A stretch of DNA of 64,000 bases from Octopus vulgaris (lineage: Eukaryota): NCBI GenBank assembly GCA_951406725.2, contig OX597818.1:73222001-73286000 (forward strand). The letters run 5' to 3'. The position numbers and the translations under genes were made by a program. Below are positions 1 to 15,329 of the stretch, piece after piece (the stretch's first letter is position 1; the number at the start of each line of letters is the position of its first letter). Under the pieces are notes generated by a model. That model searched no databases. It was not told where the DNA came from and was given only the letters and a program-made list of their open reading frames with translations.

Positions 1-222
<222 letters not shown>

Positions 223-537
223 TGAAATGCAAAAAGTTTGTTTGTCTGGTTTTAGCATTAGCACGGGTTAAAGGCCACTAGATCCCGTCGGATTGACTCC
301 AAAATTTACACGGACATGCAAAATGAGATGCGCATGTTAGTGGGTTAGAAATCCCTATCTTAAAAGGTGTCGTTACAAGGGCAACAAACGCACATTTTGG
401 CAAGTCTTCTCTCATTCCCTTATCTGCTTGTCTCCCTCCATCTCTTTCTCTTTCCTCCATTCCTTTCAATTTCTCTGTATAGCGTCGTTTGACAACGTAT
501 ACTATCATTCCCCCGCCGCCTTCGCCAGCGTTGTCAC

Positions 538-572
<35 letters not shown>

Positions 573-720
573 GTCTGTCTGCATTCATAGAGAGAATTAT
601 CATCCCCACCACCACCACTTAATCATGAGAACAAATATTATGAATCAGATATTTATTGGGTTAATTTATATGTGTGTGTGTGTTATATATATAAATATGA
701 ATATATAAAGTATATATATC

Positions 721-768
<48 letters not shown>

Positions 769-954
769 AGGGGTGAAATATAATTAATTTAATAAAATTA
801 ATAAATTTCACCTAGTAGTTTTTTTCGGTATGGAAATATATATATATATATATAATCTATATACATTTGTATATATAATGCGTACACACACACATAAATA
901 TATATAATATGTATATATGCACATATATATATTTAATGCGTATATATATGTATA

Positions 955-988
<34 letters not shown>

Positions 989-999
989 CATATATATAT

Positions 1000-1852
1000 A
1001 TAATGTGTGCATTATATTGTCGGTTGAGCTGAAAATATGCACACCTACGTTAAATGTGCAGGCGAGTTTGCATGGCAACTATTTTTTTCCTCAAGTGAAA
1101 GGCGTGACCTCTAGGACAAAATTCCTCATCTTATAAAATGTTGCCCGAGTAGACCTGAATGAAATCGGGTTATATTAACCAAAATGGGAAAAGGTGTCTA
1201 AATGGGGCTAGAATGGGATTAAAATTTACAGGAGCGAGTGTTTAGGAATGCTCTGTTACATCAAGCTAAAAAAGTTTTGAATGCTTGCCATGGTGAGTCT
1301 ACTGTCGTGAGAAAGAATCACTTCAAAACTTGGTGTTTAGGAATTTTCTTTTACATCAAGTTCAAAATTTTACGATAGCCGTTAAACTGCCACTACATTG
1401 CGGTCCGTCGTTAAGAAATGCCAACCATGGTGACTCTACTATCCTCAGTTTCTATCCCTTCAAACTTTGGTTTCCAATATCTTTTTATTTTTATTCAGCT
1501 CGCAAGTTCGTCTGTCCCTTTTAAATGTTAGTGTTTTGCTGTCTGCTCTGAAGCAGACCTTTCCGTTGTCACTGCCTGATATTTTTGATTGATCTTTCAA
1601 AATATTTTTCTGTCTCAAATTACTCAAGATCTTTTGTTGTTTATAAATAGGAGAGAGATAGATAGAGAAAGATAGAGAGTAAGAGAAAGCGAGGGGGAGT
1701 CCGAGAGAAAGGAAGAATAATAGAGTGGGAAAGTGAGAGAGAAAGGAGAGAGAAACATAGAGGGAGAAGGTGGTGATAAAAAACAGAAAGGAAACAACAG
1801 AAAGTAACCACCACACTCTTACCCGCACGTAGAGCGAGTCACCTTAATCTAG
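1000..1852 (+). mobile_element. putative non-autonomous Helitron
   Basis: The 3' end has a GC hairpin ACCCGC-acgtaga-GCGAGT about 9 nt before CTAG (1849-1852), followed by T in a (TA)n tract. This is the canonical Helitron 3' signature. The 5' end is uncertain. Confidence 0.45.
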
Positions 1853-1956
1853 TATATATATATATATATTGAGGGTAAAATATTATCAATTTAAACCAGT
1901 GGCCTAGCATACTGAAAAAGATCTGAAGATTCAGAAAATTATATTACATACATACA

Positions 1957-2262
1957 AGGGGAATGACCACTAGGTGGATTCTTAATATGCTAAATGAAGA
2001 CTCCATATCATCTGACCACTAAGAAAACTCGTTCTCAAGAAAATTCGGCAAACGCCAGAACGTAAAGTGACCAAGACAAATGAAAAGATACAAAATATAG
2101 TGATTAGTTATAGTATGTGACTAATCACTATATTTTCATTAGTCTTGCTCGCTTTATGTTCTGGCGTGTGCCGAATTTTCTTGAGAACAATTTTTCTTAG
2201 TTGTCATACCATATGGGGTCTACATTTAGCATATTAGAAATCCACCTAGTAGTCATTCCTCT
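1957..2262. repeat. ~300-bp imperfect palindrome (foldback), probably inverted PLE terminal-repeat fragments
   Basis: ggaatgaccactaggtggatt...gttctcaagaaaattcggca...atagtgattagt is mirrored by actaatcactat...tgccgaattttcttgagaac...aatccacctagtagtcattcc. The centre is near 2113. Confidence 0.85.
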
Positions 2263-4305
2263 CATATATATATTATATACATTTTGTATATGCGTTTTGC
2301 TGGTTCCCCGAGTTAGCTTCATAGCAATGGGCTCGGTAGATTATCTGAAAGATCAGCTACGAATTCAGAATAGATCTGAGGCTTGTAATGGCCCAAAACG
2401 TTTGTACGGATGCTTTTAATTGCTGAGCACAAAAGTGTCCCGACTTCATACGTAAAACCCTTTTAAAAATCTCTTGTTCTTCATATGTTTCTCTACAATA
2501 ATACTTTCTTATGATTATCATAGCCCCGCTAAATCAGAGAATCATTTTATTCTTATAGTTAGGGCCAAAAGTTACCAACACCGTCTGCGTATTGCAAATT
2601 GTTAGCACAATCTGATGATTTTACCTGATGCACGAAACATATATTAAAACCTCCAGACTTTGGATCACGCGGAGCAAAATGTTATTAAATGTATATTTCC
2701 TGAATTTCAATTGGAATCTTTACGAGAAAACCTTAGTGAATACGAGATGAACATAGTAAAAATTTTCAAGAGGACATTTATAAAAATATTACCAACACAA
2801 ATGGAGACTGAGATGGCTTGATTCCCCAGAAAAGCATGCCTGAGAGTAAATACAAAAGAAAATCAGATCAACAGTTGCGTATTCTTGATTGTTATTACAT
2901 AAGCACTAGCCGATGGAGTAATTTTATCTTTGCATTTGTTTTAGTAAAAAAAATATGAGTCAAGTATTCTCATTCATTGTGCACGATATAATTTGCGTGC
3001 TTTCCCTTCTTTAATGAGCTAATATTCCGATATACATACTATTTCGTTATAGGACAGATCATCTGACAATCAGTCAGCTTATATAAAGTCACATTAAGTT
3101 TCCTATTTGTCTGTTCGCCAAAGGGGTTCTTCCTTCGGGTAGAAGGAATTTTAAGATCACAAGTTGCCCTTGGCTTAAAGCTAGTTTATACGTAGTGATC
3201 GGCATGGTAGGCCTTATTCAGAAACTCTTGTGTCTAATAACGATAACAGTAATGAATCCGCTTTATAATATACATGATTTGAAGGAAATTGCCTATCTAC
3301 TGACATCTTTTAATTGCCATTTTTTAGCTAATTTTCAATCTGTCTATTGTTCACCGTTTGTCCACTTACACAAACTTACATACATGACTTACATCCACCC
3401 ACGCAGCACACATATTTATTGTACACAGGCACACACGTTTACATATAATCATAATCTCTAGCAAAATATCCTCACATACACCGTCACACACTGCCGTACA
3501 CACACATATATACGCACACACGTACATATATATATATACACACATATACACCTACACCAATACAAACGGAGTCATACTCCACACACTCTCAAACGTAAAC
3601 ACAAACACATACGAACACACACAGTTACACACACCCAGTCACGTACTTAACACAACACATGGCTTCTCGAACCCACACCCTACTACTGTACACTGTACAG
3701 CTACTAAACTGCTACGCACATGCACTCACATAAAACACATGAACACCTATACATCATCCCGCGCAACACTCCGTTATGTACAAACAGATTACCTGCAACC
3801 CGCACACGTACACGGACACGCACGCGTAACAAGACATATACACATATACACTCATTTACAAATACATACAAAAGTATCACATACACACACGCATACGCAT
3901 GCCAAACACACATGTATACAATTTACATACAAACACACACAAGAATCACACACTAACACACAAAACACAATGACTACTTTCGCACACTCCTTTCTTCAAA
4001 GATTCAAAGAGCATATTCCCTATTTCTCGCCAACATCCAGTCTGTTAACGACAATTGGCTTTTCTCTGGCCTATCAGCTTTTTCTTCGTTCTCCTCTTTC
4101 TGATCTTTTGCATTTTTATCCGACGAAATGACATACTCGAAACATCATTTCTGCTATTTTCCATCTAAAACTGTCACTGAGTGTTTATCTAATATATTCA
4201 CTCTGTGGGTACAATTGACCTTCATTTCTAGTTTATTTCTGCTTAGCTCTCTCTTATATATATACATATACATGCATACATATATATATATATATATATA
4301 TACCG

Positions 4306-4383
<78 letters not shown>

Positions 4384-4475
4384 AGGGAGAGTTTACGAAA
4401 AAAAACAAAAGACGAAGACAGGTGGTGTACAAAACAAACAGATGTATTATTATAACGCTCAGGAATAGAAAAAGT

Positions 4476-4511
4476 CTTTTACGTTTCGAGCCTACGCTCT
4501 TCTACAGAAAG
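4476..4511 (-). ncRNA. minimal hammerhead-like motif (core CUGUAGA)
   Basis: The minus strand reads cttt-CTGTAGA-A-GAGC(gtag)GCTC-GAAA-CG-TA-aaag. The sister copy at 5834-5867(+) reads ttt-CTGTTGA-A-GAGC(ttag)GCTC-GAAA-CG-TA-aaa. Confidence 0.55.
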
Positions 4512-5439
4512 GGACACAGAATAAACAAGGAAAGAAACAAGGAGAGAAAAAAATGTGTGTAGTGGCTAACGATCTATCATGGCGACTAGTGCCGGAAAGA
4601 AGGGTCATACACGAGAAGGAAAGTAGGGGAGATAACAAGGTAAAGATGACCCCCAACACAAAGGTACGTGTGAGTATAAGAAAGTATGTATGTGCGTGTG
4701 ATAGAGGGCTGGTGGTCTGGACGTGTGCGTGTATGTATGTGTAGGTGTGAAGATGTGGGGATGGGTGTGTGGGTGGTGAGTTGTGATGTGATGTGATGTG
4801 TAATGTCGTATGGTGTAGTATTGTGTGGTGTGATGTTGTTGGGAGGTGGGGGGCAAGAGTGGGGAAAGCAGAGGTGGGGTGTCGATTCGGCTGGGGATTG
4901 GAGTAGAGTAGGGGTTTGTGGGTAGACAGAGGGTGGGAATGTGGGGTGTGTGGGTGTGGGATAGGATGGGGGGATTGGATGGTGGATGGGAAGGATATGG
5001 GGAGGTGGTGTAGGGATGTGTAGAGGTGGGTGGGTTTATGGGGGGAGGGGAAGGTGGGTATGTGAGGAGAGAGAGGAGGAGATAAGAGAGAAAGAGAATA
5101 AGAGAGGAGAGAAAAAGAGAGTAAGAGAGAAGAGAGAAGAGAGAAAGAGAGAAGAGAGAAAGAGAGTAAGAGGGAAGAGGGAACGAGGGGAGAGAAAGAG
5201 AGAAAGAGAGTAGGAGAGAAGAGAGTAAGAGAGAAGAGGGAAAGAGAGCAGGAGTGAAGAGAAGTAGGAGTTGGGACAAGAGAGGAGAGTTGGGTGTGAA
5301 GAAGGGGGAAGGGGAGAGAGGAGAGACGGAGAGTGAGGAAGCAGAGAGAAGATAGAAAGAGAGTAAGGGAGAAGAGGGAAAGAGAGTAGGGGTGAAAAGA
5401 TGTAGGAGTGAAGAGAAGGAGGAGTCGGGGAGGAGGTTA

Positions 5440-5756
5440 GATGAAGAGGGGAGGAGAGTTGAGCCCAAATGGCGTAAAAGAGTGAAGAGAGAATATTAAT
5501 CCCTGTTCACGGCGCAAACGAGGGCCCGGATGGCCTCTGTGCAAGGACAATCCGAACACAGACACCTGTTGCAAGGAGTGACCGGTGGAGCGGGAATGGC
5601 GTGAGACTGGGGTGTCATTGCCGAGGCGGATGTTTCGAAGGTGTTCCGCGGACCGGTCAGCCAAGCGTTTGTCCGATGTTCAGGGAATGGCAGAGAGTGC
5701 AACAGATGCAATAGATGATATTGCTGGAGGTGCAGGTGAAGGAGTCGATGATGCGA
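5440..5756 (-). pseudogene. PLE GIY-YIG endonuclease remnant
   Basis: Manual translation gives IIDSFTCTSSNIIYCICCTLCHSLNIGQT, a frameshift, then LADRSAEHLRNIR..VSRH..RLRREQGLIFSLHSFTPFGLN. This fits the PLE pattern FTC..N.IY.I.C..C..Y.GxT..RF.EH..RE...I..L...P.GLN. Confidence 0.85.
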
Positions 5757-6485
5757 TAGAGAGAGAGAGAGACACTAATCCACTTTATCTTCCCTCTCTC
5801 TTTATTTTCTCTCTTTGCTTATTTCTGTTTTCCTTTCTGTTGAAGAGCTTAGGCTCGAAACGTAAAACACTTTATCACTTTCCGAGCGTTAATCTTATAC
5901 ATCTGTTTGTTATTTACACACCCGTCTTCGTCTTTTGTTTTTTTTATTGTAAATTCAAACTATATATATATATACATATGTATATATATAACATATATCC
6001 ATATATTATTGCAAATATGTATAACAATTTGCTTGTGTATACTGCCAAGAATTTAAAATGATCATAGAAAGTAACATTGAGCTTATGCACATATTTATTT
6101 CTTCATCACCCTAACTACTTATTGTTGGCCTGCCACCTTCTCCCCTTGTCAATTAGTCTGTTTCAAGCAGACACATATCTGTGTGTCTTATAGAAGTGTT
6201 TGTTTCAATTGAAAATTTTTATATGTAGTTACATACAAGGTCTGAAGTGTAACAATGATATAAGAAATATTGTCAGACGATGGTTGCGTCTAAATAATGG
6301 CTGCATGACTAAAAGTAATGTTTAGAAAATAACAGCAGCTACGAACAAAGCAAGTAATGAAAGATGCTATCTGAATACAAATACATATGTACACACCCGC
6401 GTGTATGTGTGTATGTGTGTGTATGTGTGTATATATGTGTTAATAGATTCGTGTTATATACATACATATACATATATAAGTATAT

Positions 6486-6575
<90 letters not shown>

Positions 6576-8006
6576 ATGTATGTATGTATGTATGTATATA
6601 TAAATATATAAACGTAGGGGTAGCCATTACTTTAAACATACGTATGGTGAATGATAACTTGTATTAGATATATATCATAGTGCAGTCACCAAAGTGCACT
6701 TACTGTACTGTGTCCATCAAAGGATGACTAGACAAACTGAATAGATGTCAGATGAAGATCTATTTGTTTAACCACTCACAGGCTTGCTGACTTCGTTCGC
6801 TCTTCATATACATTGAATATTCGGAAAATAACGAGATTATTATTTTCATTAACAGCAAAATACTAAAATGATGCAACGCAGATATAGGAATGGTGTTATA
6901 AAGTATACAAATTTCCATCACCGTTTTTCCAATATTTTAACAGTTAAGACTAACGAATTTTAATAGTTTTTACCACGCGTGCAACATTTTGGTGCTGAAT
7001 TTTGTTTATATTGCCGAGTGAAGGACAAGATATAAAAATATGTTTGATAGTTTAAATCGTTTCGTAAAGAAAGCTTTAAAGTTTTTAATACATGCAGTGA
7101 AGGATAACTAAAATTGAATCAACGCATTAGTTAATAGATTATGTTAGTATCGTTTCGGTGATGAGTTTAAAACATCATACCAACCATATACCACATTCAG
7201 CAGATCCAAGAAGTGCAATACTTGTTGAAATCAAAGAATAGATACGTTATGTAGGACTTAGTGTGCATGAGCGAAAATATACAAAACCACAGACAAAAGT
7301 CTAACCACAAACTAATATTTGGAAAACAATGCAACTACACTACAATGATTAGAGAATAGTTTACGACATATCTACAAGCCACGTCACGTTGTTGAGAAAG
7401 AAATAGAGTTGTATTTCTAAGTACAATAAAAGTTGTGACCATCAAGTTAACACTGTTATATAATATACACAAATATAAAGCCTTTCCTACGATGGTTATA
7501 CACACACACACACACATGCACACGCACACACGTCAACTCACTGTTAAAGTGCATGAAACCTGACTAGAATGGAAAACATTTGATAACGACAACCTTGAAT
7601 ACGATTACCCTGCACAAAAGACAAATAAATAAACAAACAAAAAACAGAAAATGCATTTTGTAAATACTGCAAAACATGGCCTCGAAACCCACTATTAAAT
7701 TTTAATTACACAAGGCACGAGATTCTTACAAGATAAGCGTAACTAACTAATGAACGCATATAGAAAAGGAATTAAGGAAAAATATGGAAAATGAACAGCA
7801 TAGCGTGTTCTGTATAACATCTATTTGCACGAACAGGAATATGTCCATACGCTCATACATATATACATACATACATACATACATACATACATTCATACAT
7901 ACATTCATACATACAAACATACATACATACATACATACATACATACATACATACATACATACATACATACATACACAGGTGTGTGTATAACCACATTCAC
8001 ATATAT

Positions 8007-9240
8007 ACAGGGTATGTAAGATATTTGAGGGTAGATTTATATTTAGATAACATCATTTATGAGAAAATTGTATGAAGATGATAATAAACATTCTTTTCTA
8101 TAATGTTATTCAATAAAACTTCCTTCGGCTTCAACAACTGCTTCTATATGAGATCTAAATCATCTACATGCTCGAATCAATTGGTCCTGGTTCATTTTGG
8201 TCATTAATCTGACTAAGGCGGCTTTCATACAATCTTTGTTGATACGGGTGTGTTCATTAGCCTCTCTCCCAACAACACGTGTGATTGTCCAATGGATTGA
8301 GATCAGGGGAATTAGGAGGCCAAATATTAGTGGTTATGTGATCATGAAAATTTTCAGCCATCCATTCCTGTGTTACTAGAGTTATGTGTGATACTGCAGA
8401 GACTTACTGAAATACATATGCCCTTCCGTTGCATACATTGTCTATCCAGGGTTTAAAAATTATTTCCAGGATATGAATGTAGGCAGCAAAGTTAACTCTA
8501 AGGCCTTGTGGAAAGAAGTAAGGAGGCATCACGTGTCATTCATTGCTGACAACCCCTAAATCCATGACAGTTGCAGGGAATTTTGTATGCAAAACGCATG
8601 GAACTTCAGAAAGGTCTGCACTTAATCATCTGTCATTTCTTCTGTTAACTTTTTGATCTTGGTCGAAGTTTTTGTAGTTTGAGAAAAACTAGGTCAAATC
8701 TCCTGCTGAATATTTCAGTTTGTGTAAGAGTCTTTTAGATCTGACGTAGTGACTCTCTTTTGCTTTTTCGGACAAATTGACATTTCCTCATCATATAAGA
8801 CTTATAACTGATGTCTCCGCGGACAATATGTCTGACTGTTCCTTCTGACACATGAAGATCTTTTGCAATTGACCTCATGGACTTTCTGGTTGTGTAATCA
8901 ATGGTCTCTTGAACTTGCTGGATAAATCCAGGTGTTCCCATAATTTCAGAGCGTTTAGAATGCTGTTTATGCTTTGTTACTGGTGATACGTTTCTCTCTT
9001 CAGTCTCTAGCTCTTTACAAACTTTGTAGACGAGAGATCTGGCAATATTTAAAACTCGAGATATTTCCAAATCACTATGCTCAGCCTTTATAACCACGAT
9101 AACAACATGTTTCTTCATTTATTGAGTAAGCTGAGGATCTGCCATTATTATTTTCTGAAACAAAGATTGCACAGTGTTAGCAAATTATGAATGAATCACC
9201 CCCAAGAAGGTATGTCTTCAAATACCTTACGCAGTCTGAA
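8007..9240 (-). mobile_element. degenerate Tc1/mariner-superfamily DNA transposon
   Basis: TIR-like ends acagggtatgtaagatatttgag / ttcaaataccttacgcagtctga. The ORF 8735-9118 has two HTH-like segments (EISRVLNIARSLVYKV; SMRSIAKDLHVSEGTVRHIV). A PNSPDLNPLD motif lies near 8290-8315. Confidence 0.85.
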
Positions 9241-9260
9241 TACACGCACACGCACGCCCC

Positions 9261-9342
<82 letters not shown>

Positions 9343-9596
9343 AATATTCTTGGCGTACCTGTTGATGAAGACTCCACCTAGCAAATTATTTTATTTGCTA
9401 ATATAGAGCTAGAAACCATGGTCGAGGAGATAGATGGAAATTTTTCATTCCCTTCGAGATTTTACCCTATTAGTGCTTTGGATTTTGGCCATTCCCGCTA
9501 GCATGCTAGGTTTCCTATGATGGTCACCTCTTATGTGTTTAAGTGTACACTGTATTTATATATATGTAAATATATATAAAATATATATATATGTAA

Positions 9597-9700
<104 letters not shown>

Positions 9701-9718
9701 GTATATATAAATATTATA

Positions 9719-9817
9719 TGTATATAATAGGCATCCAAACAACACGCACATGTATATAATAGGCATCCAAACAACACGCACATGTATATAATAGGCATCC
9801 AAACAACACGCACATGT
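9719..9817. repeat. 32-bp minisatellite, three copies
   Basis: tgtatataataggcatccaaacaacacgcaca is repeated three times in tandem. Confidence 0.9.
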
Positions 9818-9834
9818 ATATCTACACACACACT

Positions 9835-9866
<32 letters not shown>

Positions 9867-10316
9867 CACACATATTGATATAGACAGATAGATAGATGTA
9901 CATACATGTATATCTATCTATCTATACATGTGACAATTCAAAATCAATATACTAATTCTATATGGTCTTCTCTTCATATGTTAAGAATGAAAGGTGCTTT
10001 AATAAAGAAAGTTACATTTCACATACCCATCATATGCCTGTGATGTAATGCAAATGTTTTACTCTCGTGGACTTGTTCTGCCTTAAGAAGCAACAATTCA
10101 TAAAGGACAGACTTTTACATTTTCTATTGCTTCTACACCAGTGAGTGTACGGCGTTCAGCTACTTTGAAATGTGTTTTTACAGTTAACTCAATGCATTGT
10201 GGAATGGTCTACTTATTCCACGCACAACGAGATATACTTATTTATATGTGCACCTACGTGATTCGAAAACATATTCACGCATGATACCCATATATATATA
10301 TATGTATATATATATG

Positions 10317-10390
<74 letters not shown>

Positions 10391-10910
10391 ATATATATAT
10401 ATATATATACAGTGAGAAAGAGAGAGAGAGAGAGTGAGAGAGAGAAAGAGAGAGAGAGAGTGAGAGAGAGAAAGAGAGAGAGAGAGAGAGCGAAAGAGCG
10501 AGAGAGATTTTTGTTAAATTACAATAATGAAACTATGTCTCTGGTAAGAAACCGATTGTTTAATGGTGAGAAATTTGAAAAACTAAGCAAAGAACACAAA
10601 ACATATTCATCAATATACATTTATATAAAACTTTTGAAATGTCTCTTCATTACTTCAACGTTTTTATGCAGTCATTGTTCGCAACTTCTTGTCTCCTTTC
10701 TCTATTGCTTCTAGTTTGTCATTCTGTAAAGTGAATCTCTTTACATATTTGTCTGGTGCTGCAATGTTCAATGTGAAAATAGACTACATGGCATGAATGC
10801 AGCCATTGTTGCATCGACACTTATTGTTCCTCAAAATTCCCAAGAAGAAAGTGATTAATTAAACTCATTCAAAACAGTATATACACATGAACATAAACGC
10901 ACGCACACAT

Positions 10911-10972
<62 letters not shown>

Positions 10973-11411
10973 GCAAACATACACACATACATACATACAT
11001 GCAGATAGATAAATAGATAGATGCGTGTTTCTGCTTGTATATTAAGCTGTGAATGTATGTATAAAGATTTTAATGTTTGAATGGCTATCCTTCGTACAGT
11101 AAAAGTTATGCTCCAACATTATTGATACAAAATAAATGCTTTGAAGATGTTTGATATGATTTCATTTCTTATTTCCTTCATCGTGTTTGCTGTACAATTC
11201 TCGGCATTAAAGACATGGGACTCTTCAAGCACACTCGTACTGAAGCTCTCGTAGAATACAGAGCCCTAGTTAAAATTTTAGATTCAATGCCCAGAATTAT
11301 TACATCTGCCGACTGGATTCTTTCATTTGATTTTGTCCTATTTAAAAAAAAAAATTATAATTCACTTTTTATTTTTGTTTGTCCACTCTGCTATTTCTCT
11401 CTCCCCTACTC

Positions 11412-11447
<36 letters not shown>

Positions 11448-13330
11448 TGTATATATGTATGCATGTGTTTTTGAGTATATATGTATATATATGTGTTGAA
11501 AACCTGAAAAGGAAGCTGTTAAGGCCCACGTGTTCCTGATTGCTTTCACGCGATCCAAATTGAAGACTGATGTTCCAGTCTATATGCAATCCGTATGTAA
11601 TTGGTCCTGTATTGAACAAGACTTTATATTAATTTACAAAACCTCTAGGAAGGCCGCAAGAAGCTAAAGCATTTGAAGGAGTTCGAATCATTCGTAATAA
11701 GGTAAGGATGTGATCGAGATAATTTTAATCTCTGTAATGGGCCATATACTTGATGACATGAGACGTCATTTTTAAATTTAAGAAGTTTACACACAGAGAC
11801 ATGACTCAACTTTAATTGAAATCCTGTTAATTTTTTTGTATGTCTTGAGGCACATAACAACTTTAACGCCATCAAATGTAACAATAGAAGAATAATAAAA
11901 ACATATGAAATCGAATAAAATCGATATGTAATTTCTAAAATTGATGTTGCAGTTTGCAAGAAAATACTTAGGGTTGTAGTTGCAGCACAACAGAGGTTTT
12001 ATAGAGCTTAAAGGGCATTCCTGAAAGAGGTATCTGCACCAATACAGCACCTTGTTCTTCCACTACCACTTGTAAAACATTAATGATGGAAATTTTATAC
12101 TGTTGCGCTACCACAGAGAAATATCAACAAAATATTGCTAAAATCACACATTTCCTCTTTAAAATAGGACACATGTACAAGGCAATGTTGTTCTACATAA
12201 GTAGAGGAAAGAATCACGAATAAATTCCTTTTGATCATAAATCTTTTCAAACTGAGTTGATCAGTGGTTAAATAAGAACATTCTCAAGAATTTGCAAAAA
12301 GATCGATCTCATGTAACCGCTGTTTCATAAAGAAAGCTCAATTCATCCATCATAAATCTCCATCAGTGATGGACCTACATTCTACTTGCTGGCACATATT
12401 TAAGTTCTTCGAAAATTTAAAAATCGTACTGATATATGATACACATGGCAGAGTGCATCAGATAATATATAAAGGGTTTCATCACAATACATATACTATC
12501 TCTTCTTTCAAGCTGTCAAATAGTAAGGCCGCGCGACTGAATGGAAAATTGATTTAGGTTCTATAGACTCTAAGTGTGTTGCTTAAACCACAAGATTCCA
12601 CATTACTCTGACGTAAAATCTTATTGACTATTTTTATTTTATGTTTTCCGCCACATTTGCAAATACTACATCTCATTCTCTCCCTTTACGTGCCTATATG
12701 TTAAATCTTAGTCCGATTCTGTGTGTGTTGTGCATTACATTTTTGTGTTCGTAGGCATTAGCCAAATAGTGTAATCCTCTAGTCTGACAGAAGATTCAGC
12801 TAAGTTTCAAAAATCCCGAATGCATTATCTGAAGATATTGCGATAAGCACACTATTAAGGCCCTATCTTAATTTTTTAGAAGTTAGATACTAATTGCTTC
12901 CCTATATTAAGAACGAAGTTTATTAGGTATTTCGCAGTAATTAAAATCCTTAAAGAATATTTGCATTCTATTCAAATTTACTTTATTGACATTCCTTTCC
13001 GTTGGGCATTCATTAAAATTTGAAAGGAAGAGAAAAAGAAACGAACATATATTCATTTCCTTTTAACAATATCATGATCTTCTGCATAGATGGAATTGAT
13101 ACTGTTGTGCCAAGTACACACATACACACGTATAACATCACAGGAATTTGCATATGATATATTTACCCATAAACGGGTATGCATTTTGCGTTGATATTAA
13201 CGTTTAGCACAGAAATACACACGCAGAAAACTATATACTAGTGTTCACAGGCAGACAGGACACACACACACACATACTTCCTTACATTCATGTATACATT
13301 CGCATACATTCATATAGTCATATGTATGAA

Positions 13331-13407
<77 letters not shown>

Positions 13408-13880
13408 TGTATGTATGTATATATGTATGTTTGTATGAAGAAGTGTTTCAATACAATTCGTTCTGAGCATTTAAACGAACAGCATGTTCAAAATCAATAT
13501 AAAAGAATAGAAGGCTAATCGAATAATTAAAAGTACATGTAGGAAACATTTGGAAGAATAGAAATTAAGAAGGTAACTTCAATAAGGAAAAAGGAAAATT
13601 AATTAATTATCAAAATAGAAGCAATACGTTTTGTATTATTTACACTTGAATTTTGAATTGTTTTGTTATGGTCCTTGATTCTTGTATAATTAATTGTATT
13701 TTTGTTAGAATTGTAGTAACACATGCTTTCTGTTTAAAGAAGAGACGATGGCTATGCTTGACTTTTATTTCTCCCGCGGACACAAATATAGAATTTGACA
13801 TTTAATTACCATTGCTTTAGAGAGATAAAAAGAAACATTTTTGCACATTCTAATGAAAAGTACCTATTACGTACATAAAG

Positions 13881-13950
<70 letters not shown>

Positions 13951-14056
13951 TGTATATATATATATATGTATAAATATGTCTATATATATATACATATGTA
14001 TTAATATATATATATATATCCCTATATATATATGTGTGTGTGTGTGTGTTTGTATG

Positions 14057-14760
14057 TACGAGTGTAAGTAAAATATTATAATCACCCTTGTTTCTGTAAT
14101 TTATTAAGACAATAGCAGGCGTTTAGCAATTATATCATTTTCCGACAGTCTCTATGCTTTTCGATGCACTTCCTCCAGTGGTCCACGAGGTTTGCTTATT
14201 CTATTGAACAAGAAAATTATCGGCTAGTTGCGCAGCAATTTATGCACCGTACCCTGCACTTCTTAATCCATAGCAAGACGACGACCTCGTATGAGATATT
14301 TGATCGGTTAAGAGAAGTGATATTGGGAAGGCGGAAGATCTGAAATCTATGTGGTGTGTTTAAGCGACTGTAAATCCACTATTTCAATCGTTTTAGCGGT
14401 GTGCGCTGCCGTATGTTGGTGTGCATTGTCATGGAACAATAACGCTTGCTTTCATAATAGACCGCAGCCTTTGGTGTGAATTCTTGGTCTTAATTTGTTG
14501 GCAAGACTTTCGCTGAAACCATCGCTGCTGGCTGATTAATGCAGCAGTATTACTTGTTCGCGACTCAAACAACAGTTAACATCCCTCTTGCTGTGGTAGT
14601 TTGAATGTTGAATTTCTTTTATTGTTGGTGATTCCGGGTTTTTCCACTCCATACTTTTCCTTTTGGAATCTTGCTCAAAGTGATGGACCCACCTCTTGGC
14701 GCCCACCTCACGCAGACATAACGAACAGGAAGATTATCGTCAATGAGTTTGTATGCAAAA
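14057..14760 (-). mobile_element. highly degenerate mariner transposase remnant
   Basis: The minus strand encodes LLFHDNAHQHT (cf. LLHDNARPH) near 14410-14442 and SDLPPSQYHF (cf. SPDLAPSDFHLF) near 14315-14345. Confidence 0.7.
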
Positions 14761-15329
14761 AATTCAACTCATTCATATTCCGATAATCCCTCATTGATTA
14801 TTGTAATTTATGCTGGGAGAAAGTCTTCCGTATGTTCACCTCCACATCACATACAAGTTGCATAATAAGCATGGACTAGCCACAAAATGCTTGCATTCTT
14901 CCTGGGAAATTTTCATGTAATCCCTAAATAAGAGATTTTAATAATATATTTCTTCCGTACGTGTACATTGGTAATTTACCTAGACAAAATTTGTAGATTT
15001 ACTATAGTTAGCTTTTGACAATCTAAGAGCAAACTTCAGCCCGGTTATGTTATCTTTTTTTGCTTTTTCATCTTCAGTTCTCAGCTCTCTTAAATTCCTC
15101 CTTATATACGTATATAACCTTAAAATTCTTTCTATCTTTATGTTATAGGTTTTGACGGCGAAATATACCGTGACTTACTGAGGGGTTCTCCAGCAACCAA
15201 TTATTTTCCGTATTTAAAATGAGATATTACTTACATAAGGGTATAGCGAAGAATTGCCTATACTATAAATTAGATGGCCCGAACACATAAGCAATATGAA
15301 GCTATGACAAAGAACAAATGAAGCTTTGA

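Larger units (their letters stand above)
4383..5962 (-). mobile_element. 5'-truncated Penelope-like retroelement with an inverted terminal-repeat copy
   Basis: A minus-strand GIY-YIG remnant (5440-5756) is followed by a pyrimidine-rich 3' region and a terminal repeat at 4383-4545. A related repeat lies in inverted orientation at ~5800-5962. Both ends abut (TA)n. Confidence 0.8.

Noticed and set aside
2175-2255. TTGAGAA...GAAA as a hammerhead in the 1957-2262 palindrome
   Set aside because: Stems I and III do not pair convincingly.
4605-5468. 287-aa Ser/Leu/Pro-rich ORF
   Set aside because: It is the low-complexity pyrimidine-rich 3' region of the PLE and has no domain signature.
9719-9817. 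32-bp repeats resembling a CRISPR array
   Set aside because: There are no unique spacers and no cas genes, and the context is eukaryotic. It is a plain minisatellite.
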